A stretch of DNA of 63,691 nt, filler included, from Reclinomonas americana ATCC 50394 (Eukaryota): the NCBI GenBank assembly GCA_048213135.1. It is 15 parts of 15 records of this genome, joined end to end, with 100 filler letters (N's around TTAATTAATTAA, not from the genome) between each part and the next. Parts side by side here need not be neighbours in the genome. Positions count along the whole stretch, not along the records: positions 1 to 12,230 come from AFZH01020227.1; positions 12,331 to 13,944 come from AFZH01020230.1; 13 more parts are not named here. One strand, 5' to 3'. This document shows, piece after piece, positions 1 through 12,787 of this stretch (its first letter is position 1; each line of letters opens with the position of its first letter). A model generated the notes under the pieces. The model was not told where the DNA came from. It searched no databases and saw only the letters and a program-made list of their open reading frames with translations. A program made the translations under genes and the position numbers.

Positions 1-34
1 GGGGGCGTGGGTGTTTGTGTGTGTGCTCTCAACC

Positions 35-1526
35 CTACTCGTCGTCATCGTCATGGTTGTCGAGCTCCTCGTGCTCCTGCTCGTCGTCGCCGCCCTCGAC
101 TTCTGCAGTCTCGGCAGCCGCGGCGGCCGTCGCCGTCTGCGTCATCTCGGCACACTCGAGGCACACGCCGTGCTCGCTCATAATGTCGCACATGATGCCG
201 AGGTGATGATGGTACGACGGTGGGGAGTCACCGCGAGGAGCGGCGGCGTCGCCGTCGTCGTCGTCGGCATTGTCGCTGCGTGCGCCGACGGTGGCGAGCT
301 CGGCCTGCAGCTGCTGCGCCTCCTTGTCGGTGCGCTGACGCACGGCGGCCAGCTCGCGTTGCAGCAGAGCGAGTTCGTCGCCGAGGGAGGAGGAGTCGCC
401 GGTGGTTTGTTGGTGGCGGGCTGTGCGACTGGCGGATTCGAGGCGCGTCAGCTCTGTGGGGAAGAGGGGAGTGAGGGGAAGGTCTGAGGGAGAAGGGGAA
501 GGAGAAGGAGGGAGAAGGGGAAGGAGAAGGAGGGAGAAGGGGAAGGGAAGGAGAAGGAGAGGGAGAAGGGAAGGAGGCGAAAGGGCATGAAATGGCAGAG
601 ACGAAGAAATGGAAGAAAGTACTGGCTGGAAGGGAAGGGGAGAGTGAAGGTGAAGGGCATGAAATGACACAGACGAAGAAATGGAGGGATGGGGTGGCTG
701 GAAAGGAGGGATGGAAGGAAGAGAAGGCGAGGGCGTGCATGAGGAGATTGTAAAGCAGGGATGGATGGAAGAAGATACTCGAGAAGGAGAAGGGACAGAA
801 GAAAGGAACTGTGCCGAACACAACGAGCCAAGTCGAGGCAAAGAATGGCATACTGAAGTAAAACTGTCCCGGAATGCAGTTTCTGAGGAGAAGAGAACAC
901 GGCGAGCGAAAGGAAGAGAGCATGATGCGAAGAAGCAGATTGTTACGGACGAAGGACAGGTAGCAGAACAAAGCTGTCTTTCGATATCGAGGAAACGAAC
1001 GGAACGAGTGACTGACAGAGCAAGAAGCAAATGAGGGAGCTCGAGATTGTTGAGACGATGCAAACGATGCGCACACTGCTCCTCGAGCTCGCTCAGTCAA
1101 GTTTCCAGTTGGAAAGAAAAGACGCACAGCGAGTGGGAAGAAAATCTCCCCTTCTCGCTCATGCATCGGAAAATCACCTTGCTGAGTCGCCAAAACACGC
1201 GCCGCAGTCGCCTGCCTGTCAGCCTCCCTCTCCCGCGTCTCTGCCTCGAGTTGCTGCAGGCGATTGATTGCTGCACTCAAGTCAGACAACTCACACGAAC
1301 ACAAAACAAAGTGACTTTGTTGCAAACCATCCTCTCTCTGCCTCCGCACCGCATCCCTCTGCGCCTGCACCTGCACTCGCTTCACCTCCGTCTCACGAAT
1401 CGCATCCTCCAACTCCGCCACCTGCTGCAACACCGACTGCGTCTCGCTCATCTCTCGCAAAGCGGATGTATTTATGTTCAACTCGATCCGCAATTTCAAT
1501 TCGTCGAAGCACGAAAATGACGTCAT
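35..1526 (-). CDS. Multi-exon coiled-coil protein of unknown function
   Basis: Heptad-rich exons (SVLQQVAELEDAIRETEVKRVQVQAQRDAVRRQRE; DLSAAINRLQQLEAETRERE; ELTRLESASR...ELALLQRELAAVRQRTDKEAQQLQAEL) separated by GT-AG introns. Start codon uncertain (1526 or 1451). Confidence 0.55.
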
Positions 1527-1571
1527 CGCCGATTGTCCATTTCTCAGGCTTGGCACGCGTTTTCGTCGCGA

Positions 1572-4500
1572 ATGAGCGACAGGTATGTGTGTGCCTCTCT
1601 CTCTCTCTCTGAGTGTGTGCATGTTGTCTCATGCGCGCGTGTGTGCACAGGAGTGATGAGTCGCACTTTTTGCGGCCAACACAGGAACTCGTGTCGCGTT
1701 TGATTGAAGGTGCGCGTCACTCTCTCTCTCTCTCTCACACACACTCTTTCTCACTCTCTCTGTGTGTGTGTCTCACTCAGTTCCCTCACAATCACCGACT
1801 CCTCCACATCGGTCGACATCGCCATCGTCGGCATCGCTGTCATTGTTCTCCAGTGGTGGAAGTTGCGTCGCTCTCTCTCTGTCTCTCTCTCTCTCAGTGC
1901 ACTCTCTCAGTGACGCCTTTCCATTCATTGCTGCAGCCACTGACATGCTGCTTTTGCGAATCGACGACTCGATGTCGGCCGTGAGCAGTGGTCGCTCATC
2001 GTCGCTCGATCGACTGCTCTTTGATGTGGGCGATGGAGTGCCTCCTCCTCCACCTCCGCCTCCTCCTCCGCCTGCTGCTGTGCAGGCAAAGGTGCAGCAG
2101 AATGGGAGGAGTGGGAGACTGCGATCGCCTCCACCGCCTCCTCCTCCTGCTGCAGACGTGCTGTTGTCTTCGGCGCAACCGGTGTGCATGTGTGAGCGAT
2201 TCATTTTCAGTTGTCTTTTGTCTTGCTGACTCTGTTTTGTGCTGCTGCAGAGTCTCGCTGTGGATGGTGGAGAGGCTGAGGTCTGCAATCTTCGTTTTTG
2301 CTGATTGAACGTGCTTTGCTCGTCTCACTTAGTTCGATTGCAGGAGGCCGATGATCACTTTGAGATTTCGTCGGCGCCACTGGCGTCTGTGGATGAGGTG
2401 AGTTGTTGAATCCTTTCATGGGTGCAGGTGTTGTGCATTGTGGTCACGCCGCTCCAGCGCTCTGCGCATCGTTCCTCTCCGCGTCTCTCTCGCTGCGCAT
2501 CGCTCCTCTCCGCGTCTCTCTCGCTGCGCATCGCTCCTCTCCGCATGCGTCTCTCTCGCTGCGCATCGTTCCTCTCCGCGTCTCTCTCTCGCTGCGCACA
2601 TCGTTCCTCTCCGCGTCTCTCTCGCTGCGCATCGTTCCTCTCTGCGTCTCTCTCGCTGCGCATCGTTCCTCTCCGCGTCTCTCTCGCTGCGCATCGCTCC
2701 TCTCGCTTCGCGCTCATCCCTCACTCTCTTCCCCCCACAGGCCAGTCTCCGTCGCACCGGCAGCAATGCGTCGTCTGTCGACCCACAGATCAGTGCCTCC
2801 GTCGCTGCCGCCGTCAACATGTATGATCTGTCGGATGACGAAGACAATGACGAGAGTGGAGGTGCTTCCGAAAAGATGCAAGTGGACAACGACGACGGCG
2901 ACGGCGGTGTTGGTGACGGCGACTCTGTGAGTCTGGCGGGGGACAACGCGCAGTGGGCCAGGCGCCTCGTCGACGACGACGATTTCGACGGCGACGACGA
3001 GGAGACAAGGAGAGAAAGGAGATTAGCAGGCGGTGGTGACGACGACGATGATGACGACGACGACGATGAGCAGTTGCTGGTGAGTGCAGTCACGTTTTCC
3101 TTTCTTTTTTCTTTCCAGCGCTCATCGAAATGTCACTGCAGGCCGCACCCCCGCCACTGGTCCTTCTCGATCCCGATGGCGAACCACCAGCGCCCATGTC
3201 AGCCTTCATGGTAACTCGTCCCCTTCACAGCTGCATTGCGTTCCATGCAACTCACCTGTATTGTTTGCAGTCACGCATTTGCATGAGAGAGGACAGCGCG
3301 TCGAGTTCCGCACGCGACTCGCTGGGCGCCGACGAGCGGCGGTTGTGGTCATCGCAAGCCACCAACAGTAGCAGCGTTGTGGAAGAGAAGGTCGGAGACG
3401 ACGACGACGACGACGACGACGCCGCAGCCGCGCATCAATTTCACCAGCCATCTAATGTCTCCCCGATGTCGTCCGCCTCGTCGTCCATGTCCTCCGCGGC
3501 TCCAATCGCACTGGCGGCCTCATTACCACCCGTTGTGCCTGCGACGCCAGAGGACAAGATGACGCTCATTGTGGCGCCAACTCCGTCGGTGCGTTTGCTC
3601 TTTCTCGCTTGCATGTGTCTCTGTCGTCTCACGCCAAATCCCATGCACATTGCCCATCATTACTTCTGCCTTCTTTCCTTTCTTGCCCATCATTGCCTCC
3701 AGTCTCCACCCGCACCTGCACGACCTGCACTGCACTTGTCACACTCCGACTCTGCACAAACCTGTCCCTACGATGCCACACCGTGCTCGCCAGACACATC
3801 TCGTGCTCGCGACGATGAGCGCACACAGCCTCTCATCTTGCTCGATGAACAGTCGATGCCGGAACCAACACCACCACCACCACCTCCTCCTCCTGCGGCG
3901 TTACCGCCACCGCCGCCGCCGCCACCGCCACCCCCTCGTGCCGCATCGCCACAGTATGCAGTGCCAGCGACGCCGAGGTACATTAGATTTAATTTGCTTC
4001 ACTCTTCTCTCTTCGCATCGCTCACCCACACCGCTCTCCGTCAGTTCCGCAATCGCAGCCTCCGCACCGGATTCATTAGCATCGACAACAGCTATCGGTT
4101 TGTGACCATTCCTCTGCCTCCTTATCCTTGCTACCCGCTCACCGTGCCTGTGTACACAGCTCAAGCGGTGCGACGAGTGACATTTGGCGCACACGACCTC
4201 GTCTTCAGCCCCGCTCCCGATCTCAGCGCCGGCAACTCGCAGCCGAGCACGGCGACTCGATCACCGACACCACCGTCGTCGGCACCGACTACGGTGAAGG
4301 CCGCGGCACCACTGCCCATCAACACGGCCAACATTCTGCGCACCGCCGGCCGCGTGTACGAGCAGCAATCCAAGGCGGCGCGCGGTGACACTGCGAGTCC
4401 TCGACCGCAGGTGCTGGACGACGTCAGGCAGCGTCGTTTGCTCGGACAGCAGCCGCCACTCGTGTGCACCACCGAGTCGACTCCGCCTCTTGCACAGCCG

Positions 4501-7500
4501 CCGCTGATTGTGCAGCCGACGCCTCCGGAGGAGCCGAGTAATCAGCCAAAGGTGGTGGCGGCCGCTGCTGCTTCGCTGTCTCCCAGTCCTCGGTGTGTGA
4601 GGAACGGGAGAAGGGGGGAGAAAAGGGAAAGATGGAAGGGGGGAGAGGGGGAGGGGGGAGGGAGGAGGGGAAGGGGCAGAGGAGGGGAAGGGGGGAGGGT
4701 GGGAAAGGGTGAAGACGGGAAGGGAGAGGGGGAAGCGGGAAGAGGAAGGGAGAAGGAGTAAGGAGAAGGGGGAAGAGGAAGGGAGAAGGATAAAGGGGAG
4801 AGGGGTAAGGAAGGGGGAAGAGAGATTGGAAAAGGAAAGGGGAAAGGAAAGATGAAACTGGAATTGGAAAGGGGGAAGGGGTGAATGGGTGGAGGAGAGG
4901 GGGAAGGCGGAAAGATAGAAAATGGAAAGGGGAGAAGGTGAAGGAGGGAATATAGAAGGGCGAGGGGAAGCAGATAATGGAGAGATGGGAACGTGGAAGT
5001 GGAGATAGGGCGAGGTGAAGTGGAGAAGGATGACTTGTGAACGGGGGGAAGACAACTCGGTGAGATGGGTGAAATAAGGAGGAAGGGAGAATGGAAGGAA
5101 GGGGAGAAGCGGTAAGGGGAAAAGAGAGGAATCGGGGAAGCTGGTGGGGAGGAAGCGAAGCAGGACTGAGAGAGAGAGGTGCAAAAAGAAAAGGGAGAGA
5201 GGAATGGAGAAAGAAGATGGGGAGAAACTGCAAAGATGCACTGGGCAAGGGGAGAAAGGATACAGGGAACCTGTGGTGGGGAGTAGTCGAAGAAGCAATG
5301 AGAGCGATATGTGCAAAAAGAAAGAGAGAGGGGAAAGGAGAAAAAGGAGGGGGAGAAACGGCAGTGGGTGGACGGGGCAAGGGGAAAAGGGATACAACAG
5401 TCGAAGAAGGAATGTGAGAGATGGGGGAAAGAGTGAACAGACGAGAGAGGAAGATGCGATATCAAGCAGCAAGTGCCAGAGTAGAACAGAGAGGACACGA
5501 AAGTGTGGAAAAGAGCGTGGTAGTCAGTGAACGGGTGCACGTTGAGTGAGTGAGTTCGCGGTGAGGTGACTGCCTTTTTGCTTGAGTGGATGTGACTATG
5601 CAGTGGAAATGCGTGTAATCTGAGAGTGACGTGTACGAGGTACTTGCATATCCTGACTTGCCTGTTGTGCTCTCCAGACAAGTCACACGACGTCGCATTC
5701 TCGACGAGTCGAACGAGGACCTGTCGGCAACTGACGACGCCATGCGGCCAGTGGTGCGCGCATCGTGTTATCTCCTCTCTCCAGCCCAGCTCTCTCACTG
5801 CATTCTTTTGCGCGCAGCAATCCTCTCCCGCCGAACCACTGCTACCCATGTCGCCATCCAGTCCGTCACCGCTGGTGTCGGAACATGAATCGTCGGAAGG
5901 TGACGATGACCACCACGACGACGGCGGCGAAGACGAGGAGGACGACTTGCGGTTGCCTCTGCCACTGCCACCGGCACCAGGCTCGCCGTCGTTGCAGCGC
6001 GGCGGCGTTGCTCCCTCGCAGGCCGCCTTGGCCGGAGCCGCCGTGCTGGCACGAATTCCGCGAATGATCGAGGTGCGAGCAGCAGTGTTGTGCTCCCACT
6101 GATGCCACACATTCTCACTCCCTTGATATTCACAGCGTCACTCGCCACCCGATGATTTTCTGTTTGAACCACACCCGCCACCACCGGTTGCTCCCGTGGA
6201 AGACCTGCAGTTGCGTCGAGAGAAGTGCTCGAGTCTCTGCGTCTGTGTCTCAACTCACTGGCAACACGCACAGAGCAAGCGAGTGCGTGATGTGTGGCTT
6301 GGAAGGGTCGCCTTTCTATCTGAGTTGCTTATTCATTGCTGTGCAGATCACCGGCGGCCACAAGAGTGCGCGAGTCTCGGTGCGTTTGATGTGCCCTTGA
6401 GCGGCATGTGATGAGCGTGCATCTCACTCGTGGTGGCAGATCGCGAAGCCGACGGAGACCAGTTGTAGAAGAGGACGAGGAAGAGGAGAATGACGAGGAC
6501 GGTGAGTATGTGGACGAAGACGAGGAAGAGGAAGAGGAGGAAATCGAGGAGGAGGAGGAGGTGGAGCCACGGCGACGAAGGCGCCACACTAGCAATGCAG
6601 TGTCGGTGCCTTCTCGACCTCGTCGCTCGGCGACTCCAACCCCACGAGTGGCCGCGCTGGCAGCAAAGAAGAAGAAGAAACAGGAGCAAGAAAAGGCAGG
6701 TCGCGAAAAGGTGGCGGGGAAGCGACAGGAGCTGTCAGGGGCGTCGATGACTTCCGACGACGGTGCCGGTGTCGGTCTTGGCTCTCCTGCTGCGGAGGTA
6801 CTGGCACACTCGCGAATGTGCTTGGCTGTGTGCATTGTGTACTGAAACACCTCGTGTTGCAGTCTTCAAGCCCGTATGGACTGCGCCCGCGCAAAAGTGG
6901 TCGTGTTGGACGCAGCGTCGCAAAGACGGATTCAAGCAGCAGACGCACGCGTTCACCCACTGTTGCGTGAGCGATTATTACATGTACGCAACTCCGTCTG
7001 CTGACCATGACACGTGCAGAAGGAAGTTGAGGAGCCTCCAGCTGCTTCATCGACCAACAAGCGTCGGCGTGTGGAGCCTGTCGCCAGTGAGGCGCCTGTT
7101 CGTGTGGGGCGCAAGCGCACTCGTGAGGTTTGTCCATCAGCAGCGGTGGTAGTTGTGTCCAGTGGCTGACCCTGTAATAGCAGGTGGAAGCGGCGTCCGC
7201 TGGGTCGACTGCCACCGAAAACTCATCGTCGCCGCCACGCAAGTCACGCCGTGTGGAGGTTGCGTGTTGGTCAGCTGTCTTGTGAGCACGTGATTTGTTG
7301 GCTCAACATTGTTTTGTTTCAGGATCACCGTTCAACGAATTCATCTCGTCGCACCAAGGAAGCTGTGCGTGCAATCACGTGGAAGAGAAACACAGCACGC
7401 AACTCACACGGTGTTTGATGCGCAGGCACAGGTCTCGCCTCCGAAAACACGGCCAACCAGAGTTGAGTCTTACTTTTTGTCATTTTTTTGTTGCGGCATG

Positions 7501-9982
7501 TCTGCGTGCTGACATGGAATGCTGCAACACACAGGCCTCAACTCCTGCAGTGACTGAGTCGAGTAAGGATGCTTCGCCTGTGACCTCGTCGCGCACCTCA
7601 GGTCGCAGAAGTGCGGCTGCCAAACCGCCGGCTGCAGGTAAGCACACGAATGTGGCGTTCTCATTCAACACGCATTTCTCACTCCTGTAGGTGCAGCTCC
7701 CGAACGTGCGTCTCGTCGCCGCGCCGAGTCAGCGTCGACACCGGCAGGTGGTGCAGGTGAGCCGATGTCAGGAATTGTTATCGTCTGTCTTGAATCGTCG
7801 GTAATCCTTGTTGGGTGCGCAGAAGAGTCGGAAGTCACAGACGCGTCGCAGCAGGACGAGGATATGTACACGAATCTTGTGTCGGCGGCGGAACGATGCC
7901 CACCACTCTTCCGCGACATGCATTTTCTCATCACTGCTGGTGGCAAGAAGAGCTGTTGCGTGTTACCGACATGTTCTGCGTCTCTCGCATGCATTGCGCG
8001 TTCTTCTGGCTGCTTTCTTCCTCTGTTGCTCAGCCCCTCTTCTCTCATTCTCGTGTTTCATGTCTAGTCCACCGTCTCTCGCTCAACTGTGTCGTGTCTC
8101 ACGCATGCATTCTTTCGTATCCTCTGAAGATGCCTTTCTATGCCTTCGCTTCCCATTCCTCTCGATGTGTTCTGTGCTCTTCTGCGCTTGTTTCACTTAT
8201 TCTTGTCTGTCATTCTCGTCCACCTGTTGTGGATGCACTCTCCTGCCCAGTCCGACGTATCTCATTCTCCTGTGCAAGTCTCACTCATTCGGCATGTCTG
8301 TCCCACTGTCTCTTTTGCTTTCTCCTCTTGCCCATTTCAGACTGTCTCACTAAGCCGTCTCACGTCTCTCTCATTCCGTCTTTCTCTTTTCCGCGCGCCC
8401 TCACCCAAGATATTCTGTCCACAGCCACGGAATCTCTGACGACTGTGGTGAAGGCGCTTGGTGGCCATGTGTGGAATACGGTGGAGGATCTCGAAAAGCA
8501 ACGACGGCGATGGGAGGATGTTGCGTCTAAACTTCGTGAGTTTCTCGTCTCTCCTTCGCATCGCTCACTGGTGCATGCACGCAGAAAACATGGAGCCTCG
8601 CCGTCCTCAGCGATCGCGTGCACAAGAACGAAAAGTACCGGTATGGATTGGCGGTGGGCGGGCCTGTTCTCCAGTTTGAGTGGGTGCGGGAGTGTGTGAA
8701 GAAGGTGAGGCGGGGGTGCGGAAGGGGAGGGGAGGAGGAGGAAGAAGGGGAGGGAAGGGAAGTATGTGTGAAGGAGATGGATAGAGAAGGGGAAGGGAAA
8801 GGGGGAGGAAGGGAAGGGGGAGGAAGGGGAGGGAAAAAGGAGAAGCAAGGGTGAAGGAGATGAATAGAAAACGGGAAGGGGAATGTGAGGGAAGGGGAGG
8901 AAGGGGGAGCAAGGGAATATGAATGGGAGAGAAGTGGAGGGGAAGGGAAGAGATAAGCTCCGGAAGAAGGGGAAGGAGGAGGGAAGGCAAGGAGGATTGA
9001 TGAAGGAGCAAGGGAAGGAGGAAGGAGGAAGGAGATGGAATTGAGAATGTGAAGAAGAAGACGAACGGAAAGGGGAAGTAAGGGCGAAAGAGATGGAACT
9101 GAGAACGGCAAGCGAAAGAGGAAACGGAAAGGAGGGCGAAAGCAACAGAGAAGAGTAGGATAGAGTCGTTGACGGAAGGCGACACGCCTTAAGAGAGAGG
9201 TTGAGACGAAAAGGAGAGAGAGTGAGTTGCGAGATGGCGGAATGTTGACTGCTTGGAAATGGTAAACGGGCAGTTGTTGGGAAAGAGTAGCGTGTTGCTT
9301 TTTGCTGTCACAGACAGAGTGCACTTTGTGCTTGCGATGCACTGAATTCGAAACCATGCAGAAACGCCTCATCGAGGCTGCCGCGGTTGGGAAGTACATG
9401 TTGCCTGCTGGTGTCGACGAAACGAAAACGACGCACGCGCAGATACCGCCTCGCCCTTTGTTGCGTTTCTCTGAGATCTGTTCTCTCTATCTATTTGTGA
9501 AAACTGACCCTCTCTCCCTCCACGCAGGTTCACGGTGTGGCCACGCGCCGATCGAGTGTTTGCCGAACAACACATTCTGCTGGTCGGCGGACCCGGGAGC
9601 GATGTCGATGTGTTGCGTGCTTCATGAGTTGGTGATTTGCACGACGCAGCGAGAACTCACTTTTGGGCCGCAGCGAATCCCTTGCTCGGCTGTTGAGTGC
9701 CGGTGGCGCCACCGTGTACCGAGGCAAGATGCCGTCGGCCAAGCAAGCTATTGATGTGGCCGTGTTTACCGGGTTTCCCTTGCCGACTGTACTCGCGCAG
9801 AGGTATGCGTCTTATCCTCTCACTCGACCCTCCTCTTGCTCGCTACTGATCACCACCACCCACACAGTTGTCGTGAGCGCGACATCGCCATTGTGAATCA
9901 CCAGTGGGTCATCGACTCGCTGTACTGGCAGCGGATACTTGGGCCGACCGAGTGTGCATACTTTACACCGCACCCGAAATGA
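1572..9982 (+). CDS. Large low-complexity protein with C-terminal tandem BRCT domains (53BP1/Crb2/Rad9-like checkpoint mediator), many introns
   Basis: Starts ATGAGCGACAG|gtatgt at 1572. Spliced C-terminus reads LFRDMHFLITAG...VVKALGGHV...KNEKYRYGLAVGGPVLQFEWVRECV...RVFAEQHILLVG...ARLLSAGGATV...IVNHQWVIDSL...TPHPK* (TGA 9980-9982), a BRCT-pair pattern. N-terminal exons are S/T/P/acidic with some SQ/TQ motifs. That all exons form one gene is inferred. Confidence 0.7.
2456..2705. repeat. Intronic minisatellite, ~31-bp unit (CGCTGCGCATCGTTCCTCTCCGCGTCTCTCT), about 8 copies
   Basis: Direct tandem repeat visible in the sequence. Confidence 0.9.
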
Positions 9983-10013
9983 AATTAAACAAAGGTAGTG
10001 TGTTTACAGTTAG

Positions 10014-11640
10014 TTACTTGCCGAGCACCTCCCACGCCATCTTGTCGTAGTTGATGACGCCCTTGTGATCGGGATCGAGTTCGTCGATAATGGCCAAAAT
10101 CTCCACGTCGCTCAGCGCACCCAACGAGGCGTTGCCGTAGAATTTGAGGACGTGCATGAGGCGCTCGGTGGTGATGGTGCCAGGCTTGTTGGGTGTCTGA
10201 AACTGGTTGAAGGAGCGAATCACGTCGCGGGCGGTGTAGTCGGTTTCCGGTTGTCGCGAGAGCACCTTAACGAACTCCTTGAAGCCGATGGCGCCGTCTT
10301 CGTCTTCGTCCACCTGTAGAGGGGGCGAGGCAAAGGGGGTTGGTGGGATGAATCGAAAAAAGGGAAAGTAGAACGATGAAGAAAGTGTGAAATTTGAATC
10401 GACGGCTGCGCAGCGGCTGTCGCAAGAGGAAAGCAACGATGGGCACGATTGATCAGGCGGCTGGCGACGTAGCGTCAACAGTGCTTGGAGGATGAAGAAA
10501 AGGGAGAGAAATATGAATCGACGGCCGCGAAGCGGCTGTCGCAAGTGCAAAGAGTGAACGCGTGCAGTGGGTGGCTGGCGACGACAGCGCCAACAGTGCT
10601 TGGAGGATGAGGAAGAGGGAGAGAAATATGAATCGACGGCCGCGAAGCGGCTGTCGCACAAGGAAAACAACGATGGGCACGATTGATCAGGCGGCTGGTG
10701 ACGACAGCGTCAACAGTGCTTGGGGGATGAAGAAGAGAGAAAAGTAAGAATCGACGGCCGCGCAGCGGCTGTCGCAACAAGAAACCAACGCAGGGCACGG
10801 TGGAGTGGGCGGTTGACGACGACAGCGGAACAGTGCTTGAAGGATGAAGAAGAGAGAGAGAGAAATGTGAATCGACGGCCGCGCAGCGGCTGTCGCGAGC
10901 AATGATGGGCACGGTTGATCAGGCGGCTGGCGACGACAGTGGAACGAGGATTAAGAACAAGAGAGAGTGAAATATGAATCGACGGCCGCGCAGCGGCTGT
11001 CGTAAAGTGGCCAGGCAGGCGGTGGTGAAGGATGAAGAAGACAGAGAAATAAGAATCGACGGCCGCGCAGGGCTGTCGCAACATGAAAGCAACGATGGGC
11101 ACGGTGGATCAGGTGGATGACGACGACAGCGTCAACAGTGCTTGGGGGATGAGGAAGACGGAGAGAAATAAGAATCGACGGCCGCGCAGCGGCTGTCGCA
11201 AGAGACTTAAAAGAACGTGTGCACTGGGTGGCAGACATGTATTCGAGGACGAAGCGCGATGCGGCGCAGCGAGAAGCAATGGGGACGCCAGCTTTTCTCT
11301 CACTGAAGTGACAACATTTCTCCTCTTAATGTGACAGCGCCCTCTCGATCTCAATCTCGCCACGCACCTCCTTCACAATCTCCTCCACCTCCTCCATACT
11401 CGTCGGCACTTGGAGCATCATCAGCAGCGAATACAACTCGTCCACATCAATGGCTCCGCTGCGATCCAGGTCGACGTAGTCAAAGATTTCTCGAAACTCC
11501 TTCAGCTCGGCTGCCGACACCTTGCGTTGTCTGTGAAGGGAGGCGGGGTGAGATGCGTCGGAGAGGTGAGGAGTGGCACGATGCGACGAACCGTACAGGT
11601 TTCTTGACGGCAGGTGAGCCGGTGCTCTGTCGACAAAGTC
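10014..11640 (-). CDS. Calmodulin/centrin-like EF-hand protein (5' end uncertain)
   Basis: ELKEFREIFDYVDLDRSGAIDVDEL...VEEIVKE|VDEDEDGAIGFKEF...ELDPDHKGVINY, joined in frame across GT-AG intron 11367-10314. Confidence 0.85.
10396..11200. repeat. Intronic array of 8 degenerate units (77-121 bp period) with conserved hairpin core GAATCGACGGCCGCGCAGCGGCTGTCGCA
   Basis: Cores start at 10396, 10515, 10630, 10748, 10869, 10976, 11053 and 11172. Confidence 0.9.
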
Positions 11641-12230
11641 GGCGATGAGTGATGAAGAGGCGAGGCAAGGAGAGGCAAGAGAGAGACGCAACAGCTCGCA
11701 GTGATGCGGCCTCGGCGGCCGCTGCAAACATGAGAACGCTGCCGGATCGTTTGCCGAGGATTTCCGGGGTGGATGGACGGCGTGCGCGAGAGCCCTGCAG
11801 ATTGGGGGGAAGGGCAAGATTAGCTCGAAGAGAGAAAGAATACACAAGGACTGGATCATGTCTGCGCGACAGAGTGCTGAGCGGCACAAGGAGAATGAAA
11901 CATCGACACTTTCGGAAACAAGTGCACAGGGATGAGAATGAAGGAGACATACAAAGCAACGGGAGACAGGATCACGTCTGCCTGATGGGAAGTGGGTGAG
12001 AGATCTGTGCGATTGTCTCTCAAGAACAAGAATGAAAGAGAGAGAGAGAGAGAGAGAACGCAAAGAGAGACTGCGACAAGCTGTACTAAGCAGCACAAGG
12101 GAAGGGCAACATCGATGCTCCTGTCCCTCTCGGAAATAGTGCATGGAAATGAGAAGAAGAGACAAGGAGAGAATGCGGAGAAGCGCATGGATCACGCAGT
12201 CCCTGCGCTCTCTCTCTCTCTCTCTCTCTC

Positions 12231-12330
12231 NNNNNNNNNNNNNNNNNNNNNNNNNNNNNNNNNNNNNNNNNNNNTTAATTAATTAANNNNNNNNNNNNNN
12301 NNNNNNNNNNNNNNNNNNNNNNNNNNNNNN
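12231..12330. other. Artificial assembly gap spacer N44-TTAATTAATTAA-N44 (also at 13945, 16814, 23687, 25151, 30091, 33154, 43247, 44939, 49451, 54901, 59656, 61198, 62522)
   Basis: Identical 100-nt spacer containing a six-frame stop linker. Confidence 0.98.
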
Positions 12331-12787
12331 TACCAACAACTGACCGTCCGAGGCGACAACAACAGAGCACACAGTGGTGGACGTCGGGACAAACCCTTCC
12401 AACCTCACCTTCCAGCCATCGACGAGCGATGCGCTCCACAACAGGACCGAGGAAGATATAAAGCAACTGGTAAAAAGTACCTTCGGAAGAGACCACTCGC
12501 GCCCAAGGCTGCTGACTCGTGCACCACAAGCACCGAGACAGACCGAATGTGTGAAAACAAGCCATGCGCTAAAGTCACCAGTATGAAACAGACTCCAACC
12601 AAAGTACACGACGATCCAAAGCAAGTGGCGAGGCTGAGAAGAACCACCACCACCAATTGCTGACTCCCAGCGCCGACCAACAGCAGTGTCCAAGTGCGAG
12701 GGTGGGGAGAATCGCGGTTGGAGGAAGCCACCGGGAACAATCAGTAGATTCCAGGAGATGGAGCATACTTCCGCTGTCTAACGACGT

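Noticed and set aside
4261..6110. Long F/S/P/L-rich minus-strand ORFs (also 8360-9399, and plus-strand 21924-22775)
   Set aside because: These are translations of polypyrimidine tracts, which lack stop codons by composition.
10396..11200. CRISPR array
   Set aside because: The spacers are homologous to one another and uneven in length, the array lies in a eukaryotic intron, and there are no cas genes.
12275..12286. Recurrent TTAATTAATTAA palindrome as a biological site
   Set aside because: It is always centred in N-runs, so it is an artificial six-frame stop linker.
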